Shown here piece by piece: positions 1 to 10,270 of a stretch of DNA of 64,000 nucleotides (positions are counted from its first letter, which is position 1; every line of letters begins with the position of its first letter). Where the stretch lies: contig CM060734.1 in assembly GCA_030704615.1 (NCBI GenBank), positions 23,622,001-23,686,000 of the forward strand, in the 5' to 3' direction. The notes below the pieces were generated by a model. It worked only from the letters and a program-made list of their open reading frames with translations. It made no database searches and had not been told where the DNA came from. The stretch is from Takakia lepidozioides. Its lineage: Eukaryota > Plantae > Bryophyta. Both the position numbers and the translations under genes were made by a program.

Positions 1-299
1 GTAAACAATTCGCATTGCAGCTTTTCCCGCTCCCTCCTGATGTGTAAACTCCACGCATTTTCTTGCTGTCTGCAGCTCCCTGGCGAAGAGGTTGTCCTTG
101 TACGCACATCTGAAACGTGTCACGTAGTCTTCCAATGTCTATGTTCCATCCCATTTGACATACAAGCCGAACGAATTTGTATGCATTACGACTTGCTCCT
201 TCGCATTCGTCATTACCTGCGATTCCCACATGCATTGTCACGTAGCAGTTCGGGGAATTCATTTCAGAAAAGCAAATCTGGGGAAGTACCTTGAATTAC

Positions 300-2749
300 C
301 TGGAACCACCAAGTCATGCGGTTGAGCCACACATCCACTGCAGGGTCAGAAACTTCGAGTGGAAAAGACCACATTGTCCTTATACTCTCCGATGCATTCC
401 AGATCGACAGCCATCGTGTCTGCCATTTCCGATCCAATGTCAGGAGCAGGAAGAAGAGTGGCTATTGCTAGGAAGGAACTTCAGTGCATTGAAACATCAC
501 CTTCTCTTTTGCTTCAACACATGCCGTTGAGAGGTGATGCAGTTTCTCCAAGTGCATGGTCGGCTGCATGGCCCGAGAATAGTGTTTTGCAATCTAGGGG
601 ATGAAGTCCTTTCCAAGTGCCGGATCTGCAATGGCCACCAGCTTCACAAGCTTTGACTTGTATTTCGTTCTGGACTTGACCCGGCTTCCTTCAAGTGCTC
701 AGTCAATGACTGCAACGTTTTGACCTGCCCCTCACTTTCCATGAAGAAGCGTTTGGCATGGGCCAAATCCAGCTTGATGTTTGACTGCCAACAAAAACAT
801 GCAGAAGCGTTACATTCGATTCAAGTGGAAAGATTACTGGAAATTGGGGAAGGATGAGCAGAGGGAAATGGGAGGACAACTTACTTCGTATATCACCTCC
901 ACCATTTCATCCATAGTGAGACGATACCATGTCCGGTCAATTTTTGCCACGGCTTTCTGAATGAGCTCGGGCTCCAGCATTTCCGCAAACATGTGCGGAT
1001 CAGTGAGACCAGTTTTCCTCACCCTGTACAGCATATGTGCCATGTGGGTATGCACGTACGCATTTTCAGTGACCCTGCAAGGCACACTCTTCAGTTCAGT
1101 CCACGAAAGCACGGAAACAAAACAGATTGGAAACCGAAATGCGGCACCGCATTTCGAACGTGCTTGGGAGGGTATGAGTATCTTACAAGTTGAGGTCCAC
1201 CATGGCATTCTTGAGCAGGGAGGAGTCTGCCGCCTTCACCTTGAGGATGACACACTCCACCATGTAATGCCAGCCAATGTGCTTGGCATGGTTCTGCTTG
1301 ATGTACTCCCACCAAGCCAGAAGTCGGTGATTCCCGTCCCACACAAAGAACATTTTACCCGACATATGGCCGAAGTCTGGATCACCCTTCAGTGTTGCCT
1401 TGAATTCGTCGTTGCGAGTGTGCCAGTGGGTATCCCATGTTGACAATTCATCCGCAGTGGGTCCACGAGATTCGCCGTCCTCATTCTCAAGGGAAACGTA
1501 GAAGGCTGGCGAACCTAGACGGTACCCTTCTCGAAATGCGAACTTGAGCTTATCCACATCTCCAGGAAGTGCCTGCCTGACGATGGGAAGGGAGACCATG
1601 CGACAGAGTGGGATTTGAAGAGTCCGCTGGAATACCCTGCTGCCCAGAACTCTGCCAATGCTACTATGTGTCTCCTCCAACATTGTATCCGCTGCACTTT
1701 GGAATTCCTCCGGAGACATTTCTGCTGGTGGCGGTAGGGGCTGAGCAGCTGGAGCTGCACTATGGGGAATCTTTGCGGGCAATTCTGCAATTGCAGAGGC
1801 CTCCTCCGGGCCTTCAGTATTATGAGGATCTTCCTCAACGGTGGTCAGGTCTTGCTGCGAACGTTGAGAGGCAGCACCCTCCTCCGGTACCACATCGACG
1901 ATATCGGTCGATCCCATTGCCTTCGCTGCAGCAGAGACGCCCCCAACATCACCAGGCTGGAAATCAAGCAGGAACTGGGCTTCAGCTCATGGAATCGGTT
2001 TTGCGGGAGACTGCTCCGCCCTCCCCCTGATTGCTTTGTGCTTCCTCATTCTTGCAGGTGAGGTGTCTGCTGCAATTAAATATGCTTCATTCGCCTGGGT
2101 GGGGGGGAAACGGCCTGGTCCGGTTCAGAAACAAGTTGAAGGACGGGCTAGACCCCTCTTGGCGATTCTCCATGACCTTTGAAGGCGAGTCGCTCTCTTG
2201 GGCTTTGAACTGCAAAGACTTGTCCTTGGAAGCCGCGTCCTTGAAACGCACAGGGCTAGGACCGGCAGGAAGACCCGTGCTCGTGGATCGGCTGGGTGTG
2301 CGTGCTGCAGCTAGCTCCACGGACTCTGCCTGCGGCTCTTCGGATTCCTGCGATCCCTCCAGCACGTCCACCTTTCCGGTTAGGCATGCAAACATCTTCT
2401 GCATTCAAATCTCCTAGCATACAGTCTAAGAATTGCAGAAGAAAAATGAGGCGGGTTTCGGTGCTCGATCAGCTGGCGAATCCCGATAGCACGGAGCTCT
2501 CACTGGTGGCTGGGTTGCCTGCGTGGCCTGATGATGCGAGATGGCAATCTCCTCCTGTAGACGCATCTGCTTCCTCCCCTTCGGCATTGGCCTACGTCCG
2601 AAGTACAATTTTCGGAGCTTGCGACGTTGTCTCTTCTCTGGTGCACGCACTCCCTCCCTCTCAGGTTCGAGCATAAGAAGAATAGAGACAAGGAAAAGGG
2701 GCGAAGACTGTAGATGGAAAGGGCGCGAGAGGGGTGACTGAGGAGGCAC
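300..2749 (-). pseudogene. Intron-containing ParB/Sulfiredoxin-like domain gene (cargo of element A); decayed and continuing left out of the window
   Basis: ORF 1183-1917 has FFVWDGNHRLLAW (~1308-1350), resembling the ParB/Srx GxxR nucleotide-binding motif. GT-AG introns at 1075-1186 and 785-884 join in frame (…VDLNL-VTENAY…EVIYE-SNIKLD…). Frameshifts and stops occur below 700. The 5' part (1917-2749) is low-complexity and its exon limits are uncertain. Confidence 0.65.
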
Positions 2750-3023
2750 GACAAAAGAAAATGAAACGGCGGTGATGCACCACTTGGGTTCGAAAGGGTT
2801 GGACGAAAGTGTCTCCTCGTGGACTTTGCGTCATTACAAAATTCGAATCGTTCAGGGTACGCCTGCCGTCCGAAAAACAAACATCATTATCCAACGGTCA
2901 AGCCGCGCCGCCTCATGCCACTTCAGTCAGATAGAGTGCAGACATGTGCCGCAATTCCGTTGCTCCACGTGTTCACATTTCAAGGCATTTCCGTCCCAGC
3001 GTCTGATGACTTGGAGTGAAAAT

Positions 3024-4480
3024 GCAAATGCGGCGCCGCATTTCCGTTAAGTACCATCACGAAGCTACACATCCGTACTTGTTGGAAGAAAATACGGCAC
3101 CGCATTTTCGTTCCACCTTCACATACCTTAGTTGTTAAACGGAAATACGGTGCCGCATTTCCGTCCCACAGCTCCATGCCTGAGAAACAAAAGGGAAATG
3201 CGGCGCCGTATTTCCGTTCTGGAATGTCGAAAGGTGCGATTCGGACGAAAATGCGGCACAACATTTCAGTTCCCGTGGTTCATGATTTTCAATCTGATCG
3301 GAAATGCGGTACCGCATTTCCGTTCCACCTTCACATACCTTAGTTGACGAACGAAAATGTCGTGCCACATTTCCGTTCGGGAAAGTATAAAGGTCTCACT
3401 TGAACGGAAATGTGGTGCCGCATTTCAACTCTGGAAAGTTTGAATGTCTCACATGGATGGAAATGCGGCACCGCATTTCCGTCCCACAGCTCCAGGCCTC
3501 ATATACAAACGGAAATGCGGCGCCGCATTTCCGTTCTGGAATGTCGGAAGGTGCGACTCGGACGGAAATGCGGTGCCGTATTTCAGTCCCGATGGTTCAC
3601 GATTTTCAGTCAGAACGGAAATGCGGTACCGCATTTCCGTTCTGGAGAGTATGAAGGTCTCAAACGGACGGAAATGCGGTGCAAAATTTTCGTCCCTCCG
3701 CTCCATGCCTGAGATAGAAAACGGAAATACGGCGCCGCATTTCCGATCTGGTATGTCGGAAGGTGCGACTCGGACGGAAATGCGGTGCCGCATTTCAGTT
3801 CCCGTTGTTCATAATTCTTCAATCAGAACGGAAATGCGGTACCGCATTTCCGTTCTGGAGAGTATGAAGGTCTTAACCGGTCGGAAATGCGCTGCAGCAT
3901 TTCCGTCACTCGGCTCCATGCCTCAGATACAAAACGGAAATGCGGCGCCGCATTTCCGTTCTGGAAGGTGCGACTCGGACGGAAATGGGGTGCCGCATTT
4001 CAGTTTCGATGGTTCACGATTTTCAGTTAGAACGGAAATGCGGTACCGCATTTCCGTTCTGGAGAGTATGAAGGTCTCACCAGGACGGAAATGCGGTGCA
4101 GCATTTCTATCTCTCAACTCCATGCGTCAGATACAAAACGGAAATACGACGCCGCATTTCCGTTCTGGTACGTCGGAAGGTGCGACTCGGACGGAAATGC
4201 GGTGCCGCATTTCAGTTCCCGTGGTTCATGATTCTCAATCAGAACGGAAATGCGGTACCGCATTTCCGTTCCACCTTCACATACCATGCTTGTTGGATGG
4301 AAATGCGTTACCGCATTTCCGTTCTGGAGAGTATAAAGGTTTCCCCCGGACGGAAACTCAATGCCGGTTTTCCGTCGCACTGGTGCATGACTAAGATGCA
4401 AAACGGAAATGTGGCGCCGTATTTCCGTCCAACAGCAATCGAAAGTATCACTCCGGACGGAAATGCGGAACCTCATTTCC
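3024..4480. repeat. Array of 28 palindromes (consensus (AC)GGAAATGCGGCGCCGCATTTCC(GT)) at 53-bp period, forming a higher-order repeat of 4-5 spacer types
   Basis: Copies start at 3024, 3088, 3141, 3194, 3247, 3300, 3353, 3406, 3459, 3511, 3564, 3617, 3670, 3723, 3776, 3830, 3883, 3936, 3981, 4034, 4087, 4140, 4193, 4246, 4299, 4352, 4405 and 4459. Perfect copies at 3511 and 3936. Confidence 0.95.
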
Positions 4481-4862
4481 GCATGCAGAACCTGAATGGG
4501 TTGCATTGTTCCGAAACAACACAATTGCGGCATGTCTTGATGAGCAGAACCTGGTTGTCTGACCGTTTTAACTAACAGTCCCGGCACTTGTCAGTGCGAA
4601 CGTTCATGTCTGCACCGAGAATACTGCTGGATCCACCCTCAGGAGAAACTGTCAGGAGATGTTATTTCGTCGCCGTATCGGCCATCATTGTCATACTTAC
4701 TGGCTATGGAATCACACCTCCCACCTTCATGCATGTAGCTTGAAACAATACTTTCCACTTCAATGTGCGACTTCCAATCATCGATGGACTCCGTAGATCC
4801 ACTTACATGGTGCTTGTGAGCCTTGGTCTGTCGCTATACTGAACCTCGCAATTGCCAACTTC

Positions 4863-7800
4863 GTGCGGTCTTCGATGGCTCCGAATTCCTACGCTATAGT
4901 TTGCTGTCCTCCGCAACTTGGGAGAGCCTGGATCCCAAACGAGGGAGGACTTTGCAGAGTGACTGAAACTTACCTTTGTTCCAAATTCAAGCTCAAACCG
5001 GGCACAATTTATTTGGAAGAAGAAATGAAGGATGTTCCTGGACAGGTTGACGAGACCATTGTCGTGCTAGGTAACGACGGAGGTTGCGGAATCGAATGGC
5101 ACGTACCCCCATCAGACACCATCCTGTACCAAGCTGTGGGAATGCCCATTCCCTTTCCGAATCAGTCGCTGCCCACACCATCCACAAAGGAGTCCGGAAA
5201 CCGACAGGCGGCCACTGCCAACAGAGAGGTATGCAACGATAATCATTCCCGACCTGGACCATCAAGACCCTCCATAGCTTCTCGTGTGGACGTATTCGAC
5301 ATTTCCGACAAGGAAGATGAGTGCATTGAGGTCCCCATGTCCTCCACACGGTCGTTCAAATCCGACATGGACATCTCTGCAGGTGCTACGCATGTACCCT
5401 CAAGCATAACTCCAACCCGGTCCATTGTGCAGCTCGTACGGCAACATCACCTCGATGGTTCTCGCTCCGAGCTGGCTGCCCTCGACTATGCCAAATTTCC
5501 AGTCAGGTAACGTATCTGCCTCCTGAAGTCGATGGCAATGTCATCTTCGAGTTTCCACCTGTTACTTCGTCAAACAAAGCCTCAGGGATGTTAACAGACA
5601 TGGATCGAAAGCATGACGGACACCCCTGGTGTGTGACGAAGACCAGTAGCACAAAAATTGCTGATGGTGTTTGTGTTTGATACGTCCTCTGTGCGGGGAA
5701 GTTGAGGTGCCTCAATCCCGCCTGCTTCCACTTTCTCTCCAAATGAGGGCGGAGAAACGAGACGGATTGGACTGGCACAACGCATCAACCCTTCATTGTC
5801 TCCAGCCAAGCTCCTGCGGGTACTTTCAAGTGCGCACATTGCAAAGAACCACCGACGTGCATGTCCATGTGCAGAGCCAAGCAATATTACGTTATCCATT
5901 TACTCCCGGACTTGACTAGAGCTTGCATACATGTTGGGGTCCACTGCCACCCCTTGGCGAGAGGCAACATGCGTGAGGCTGTGCAGGAAGCATACGACAT
6001 CATAAAAGAGGAGGTGAAATTGAGCCCCGGAGCCAGACCAAAGCAGATTCAGCTGAAGGCAGCCCACAAGATTGCTCTTGGCAAAATCATGTTTGAAGAT
6101 GGTTCAGACCGGGTGCCCTTGAACGAAGAGGAGATGCTTGACCTGTTGGAGTCCGTCTCGCACGTTTGTAGTCCAAATGTGCGGAATCACATCGTATCTT
6201 GCAAGCAAGAGTTCGGCCGGGGGTCGGACATGCACTCAATCCTGGAGGTGAAACGAATGACTGGATATGACTACATCCAAGGTAGCAGGTTTCCAGGGCA
6301 AGGCAGCGAATCCGATCGTTGTTACATTTTTAAAATGTCGACGTGTGGGCCTGGGAGTGGAGTCGACTTGGTCACTCGCATGACAACTGGAAACTTGTCG
6401 AATGCTTGGGTGATGTTTGATCACATCAAGCAAATTACAAACCATCAGTGGGTGACTATGGGTGCGCATGTTTATGACTATCACTCCAAAAGGCTCATGA
6501 CGATTGCAATCTGTGAGATGAAAGGGGAGGACACACAGTCGGAGATGCATCTGTGGGAGGGCATAAACGAGCAGATGGCAAGGGCGGGATTGCCAGAGCC
6601 CAATTTCAGGGGATTCATGGCAGACAACGCTCAGGCCAACTGGGCAGCGGTGCGGCGTGTGTACGGTGAGGACCCCAATGTTCCAATGGAGGGGAAAGAG
6701 AGATCCTGTGGATTCCATTGGATGCAGAGTCTATCTCACTACACTACCAAATTTGTTGCTAGCTCATTCCAGGCTGAACACCATGTCATTTGTACGGCGT
6801 GGAAGGATGCACCAACATTTGATGACGCGGAGGTTAAGTTTGTTATCATCGAGGCTTGGTGGAACACGTCAGGTGCAGTGGAGACAACCAATCTGGGAGC
6901 CTTGCACAGCTGGTTGGGGTGGTGGCATTTCCGGTATCGACAGTTCGGACAGTACATGCGGGAGGTATGATGCTGTCATTTTCGTGCAATTGTCTTTCTA
7001 TTACGGACCTTTCCATTGGTTCCTCACCATTGTTTGTGTCCTTGTAGGAGCGGTGCTTGGATTCCGACACGGACATGCTGAACACGAATGTGGCAGAATC
7101 AGTCCACTCCTCCTGGCGAGCGTCTTCTGCCGCACATCTGGTGGACGTAGTGACGGCCACAATGGAGGACATCAACAGAGCAATCATGCAGCAAGCCACG
7201 TACTACAAGTTTCTGAGCGGGAAACAATGGGGCTTTGGGCCGGACAGGGAGGAATTGTTGGTACGAACAGCTTCGAGGTCGAAGAATCCAATGAAATGGG
7301 CGACAACATTGCGAGAGAAGATCAAAGGGACGCCTCTGCACCGCAGAGGTGAGCACCTAGAGGGGGACGTCCGTACTCGCCCTGTGAGGCGGAGGATTGA
7401 AGAGGAACCTGGGTGCGAAGAGGACTCCTGGAGATCCAACAGGAACATTCGGACAGTACCTCGAGGGCCCGTCATGTTGCCACACAATGTGTCTTCCAGC
7501 AGTGGAAGCCCAAGAAATTCCAGATCGCCATCGCCTTCAAGCGGGGATTCCGTGCGAGAAATTCCCACCGCTCGCTTGCCCCAGATTCTGCCCGCTGTTA
7601 TGCAGTATGGCCAAGCCATTGTGGAGACGACTGTGTCTGCGTCACAGTGGAGAATTACTCGCACAAAGCCGTCGTTTCGAGGCAGGTGTTTCGCAATTCG
7701 AGTGGATACACGAAAACGTTGTTTAGAGATGATAAGGAGGAATCCAGATGGTGCTGTCCCTGCTCCTACTTTTACAGGAAGATTTGTCCATGCAAAGTTT

Positions 7801-7923
7801 GCGGAGGCGACAACCACCCAGTTCTGGTTCTGCAGGCACAACATTATGACTTGCGTATATGGAAAGTTCGAGTAAAACATGTTACTGGTAGGCAAGACAT
7901 AAGTCGGACCTTTCTGTGGCCAG
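4863..7923 (+). pseudogene. MULE/Mutator-type DDE transposase with an N-terminal GCM/WRKY-like Zn-binding domain
   Basis: VMFDHIK (D), FMADNAQA (D), CGFH (CxxH) and NTNVAESVH (E) follow the Mutator D-D-CxxH-E order. A Cys/His region (CAGKLRC…CAHC…C…HVGVHCHP) lies at ~5690-5955. GT-AG intron 6965-7047 joins ORFs 5861 and 7057 in frame. Frameshift at ~5505 and TGA stops at ~5678 and ~5744. Confidence 0.8.
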
Positions 7924-8003
7924 AGTCAGAGCTACTTGCAGCAGTACAGTTCTACTATCCGAAAAGGATGGGCGTACCATAGTGTTGGGACCGCAAGCCA
8001 AGG

Positions 8004-8556
8004 TCACTGGTCCCCTGGATCCATATTCAGAAGAGTGTGCACCTCTTGGGGGCTCAACCTTGGTGCATGTATGAAGTGATGAGTTGTGGAATTACACCGG
8101 AGTCTCTTTAGGTACACGTAGTACAGATGCTTGCAAAGGCAGTATGATGCCCCTTTGTTCGCCATTATCTGGAAGTCGGTGCAATTGCAGGTGGGTAATT
8201 CTGAAATGGTGATGGTGTACACCTCATTGCGAATAGCTGAGCCTGCCGTGGCCATCTGATACACACGCCCAAAGCCTGGTGGGGGCACTTCTGTCGAGCT
8301 CTGGATTGTACAGTTCATCCGAAGTGCATTCCCCATCCTTGTCTCGTTCACTTCTGAGGGAGGTCGCCGCCTCTTCGGTTTCCCCCAACGGTGTGTAGGA
8401 TGCTTAGAGCTGTCGGGTCCCATTGTTCTGGCTCTCATAGGGGTCGGTGGTGGAGGCTGTGGAAGCGGAAATGGTTGTCTGGGGACGTCAATGCGTTGCA
8501 CCATCTGAAATCCTGCGGCGGTAAGGGCGTCGTTCACTCGTGTTTCCACGTGCATG
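8004..8556 (-). CDS. SWIM zinc-finger region; probably the inverted C-terminus of the element A transposase
   Basis: YTITISELPTCNCTDF…CKHLYYV fits the SWIM CxCxnCxH pattern and is homologous to 62914-63333. Confidence 0.8.
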
Positions 8557-9139
8557 TATTTTTGTGTGTTGGAGGGTTCCTGTTTTTCTGCTCTCCCAAA
8601 CTTTGCTTTCCTCATTCGACCCCCAGCAAGGAAATGCGGCGCCGCATTTCCAAGTAACGTCGTAGGTACTGGTAGATGCGGCATTCACCAACACCAAACT
8701 GCCCAGAAATTTCGCACGTGCGATTCCTAATGCGGCACTGCATTTCCCAGTTGAGTCGCAAACCTTTCCCGCCGAATACTCGAAGATGACAGAATTGTGC
8801 AGACTCTATTGGTTCAATCGCGGCAAAAGGGTCAGCTTCATTCCAATGTTAAGGCATGTAAAACCGCGGAATACTCTATACAGGCCAGTATGCGACGTCC
8901 TTTTGCCGTGGTATACTGGATTTCTCGTTGCACGGTCACTCATTTCCATGAGCGGATCTAAAAAACCATGAGCGGAGTTGTTACTGACGACATATCTTCG
9001 CCGCATTACAGGATCTGGAACTTCCAAAAACGGCAAGGTCAAATTAAAAAACTATTATTTTAATACTTGTTTAATCTGCCGCATTTCCAAATTTGGAGGA
9101 GTCTGCTCATGAAATCCGCGTGTCTTAGACTTCGGCTCA

Positions 9140-9207
9140 CCGCTCATGCGGCTCATGTGGCTCATGGCTCATGGCTCATGGTTTCTGCTCATGAAATAGT
9201 AAACCTC
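9140..9207 (-). repeat. Terminal inverted-repeat end of element A with subterminal GCTCATG heptamer repeats
   Basis: 21-bp match to the 57605 terminus; tandem GGCTCAT units at 9140-9190. Confidence 0.85.
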
Positions 9208-9662
9208 TTGGTCTGGGGAAGAGAAGACGAAACGGGGAGCGGAAACAGTGAAGGGGAGAAGATGACTTGATTGAGGGTTAATTCATGCAAGCTGTAGAAC
9301 ATACAGTAGGGTAGATTAGGAACACCATGGCATTGGCCTGATACCTGATTAATCTTAATCTGATACTTATTCGATACAATCACACTGTGTAGAGAGACAT
9401 GAGAGAAGCTGTGGAATGAATGAATGATTGATTGGAACTTGATAGGTACTGAAGCAATCTGATGCTTCAGTATACACAGTAAGGTAATTGGCTAATATGA
9501 AGGCAAGATGAAATACAAATAGGAAGCACAACCATGATTCACTAGTTGTAGGTCATGACTGATTGTTCTGAGCGGGCTGAGTGTTTAGAGATATCCAACT
9601 CTTCTATCTTGGAGTTTCCGCCTCGGATAGCGAAGGGATGGGTGAGTAAAAGCCGCTCGACA
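9208..9662 (+). repeat. 5' LTR remnant of copy 1
   Basis: Matches 21318-21772 and ends …CCGCTCGACA before the PBS. Confidence 0.95.
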
Positions 9663-10250
9663 TTTGGCGACCATAATGGGGATCTGGGTCATGAACAACC
9701 AGATGTGACAGGCATCTGGTGGGATCATGGTGGTTGGAGAATTAAAGAATTTGATGTGAATCAAATTCCCTGTGGAACTGAGAAGGAAAGATTGTCCAAA
9801 CAATTCTTTCAGAGGTTCTTGGAATTGCCAGACGGTTGTAAAGAAAACATTCTTAAGAGAGTGCATGATGCTGACCCTGAGTGGGGTCTGGAGAAAGGAG
9901 TGATAAAGATTTATCAAGTGGCCTGTAGAGGAAGAGCACGTTGGTTACCAACACTGGTTTATGTGATAGCATTGCTATCCATTAAGCGAGTAGAGTTTGA
10001 AGGCTGGGAGGAAAGGAAAGTGAATGTTTACACTCATATGCATGAAGAGCTTGTACTGGTAAAGAATTGGATTCCAAAGGATATTCTGTGGATCAAACTC
10101 ACACCAAGAACAACTTTTCAGACTTGTTTGCCATATGGTTATATGGTAACGGAGACTTCTAGTATAGCCAAGGGTGCATTGAAGCTTGAAAGAAATCCAG
10201 GCATATACGAGAGATACTACAGGAGAGAGTTTTGGTTATTGCCTCATTGA
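9555..10250 (+). CDS. Extra ORF upstream of gag (ORF0), unknown function
   Basis: Open in copy 1 (231 aa) and copy 2 (45771-46412), with a diverged homolog at 27700-28320. Confidence 0.65.
   Translation: MTDCSERAECLEISNSSILEFPPRIAKGWVSKSRSTFGDHNGDLGHEQPDVTGIWWDHGGWRIKEFDVNQIPCGTEKERLSKQFFQRFLELPDGCKENILKRVHDADPEWGLEKGVIKIYQVACRGRARWLPTLVYVIALLSIKRVEFEGWEERKVNVYTHMHEELVLVKNWIPKDILWIKLTPRTTFQTCLPYGYMVTETSSIAKGALKLERNPGIYERYYRREFWLLPH
9665..9682 (+). other. Primer binding site (TGGCGACCATAATGGGGA; resembles tRNA-Arg-type PBSs)
   Basis: TGG starts 2 nt after the LTR; near-identical motifs at 27701-27718 and 45827-45844. The tRNA identity is inferred. Confidence 0.75.
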
Positions 10251-10270
10251 AGATATGAAAGACATGGGAC

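Larger units (their letters stand above)
1..9207. mobile_element. Mutator-like (MULE) DNA transposon, element A; left end outside window; inserted into the 5' LTR of the adjacent Gypsy element
   Basis: Contains a DDE transposase with the Mutator signature and a SWIM finger. The right terminus GCTCATGAAATAGTAAACCTC (9187-9207) is the exact reverse complement of 57605-57625. Sequence from 9208 resumes mid-LTR and matches 21318 onward. Confidence 0.8.

Noticed and set aside
3024-4480. CRISPR array (palindromic repeats with constant-length spacers)
   Set aside because: Spacers recur in a 4-5-unit cycle rather than being unique, the repeats are perfect dyads without a loop, there are no cas genes, and the context is eukaryotic.
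2980-4587. Many overlapping ORFs on both strands (e.g. 3444-4394, 316 aa)
   Set aside because: Artefacts of the stop-poor palindromic repeat; the same applies to the ORFs at 60593-62347.
1-9207. Bacterial or plasmid contamination suggested by the ParB-like motif and parS-like sites
   Set aside because: In-frame spliceosomal introns, a MULE transposase and a direct junction with a plant LTR.
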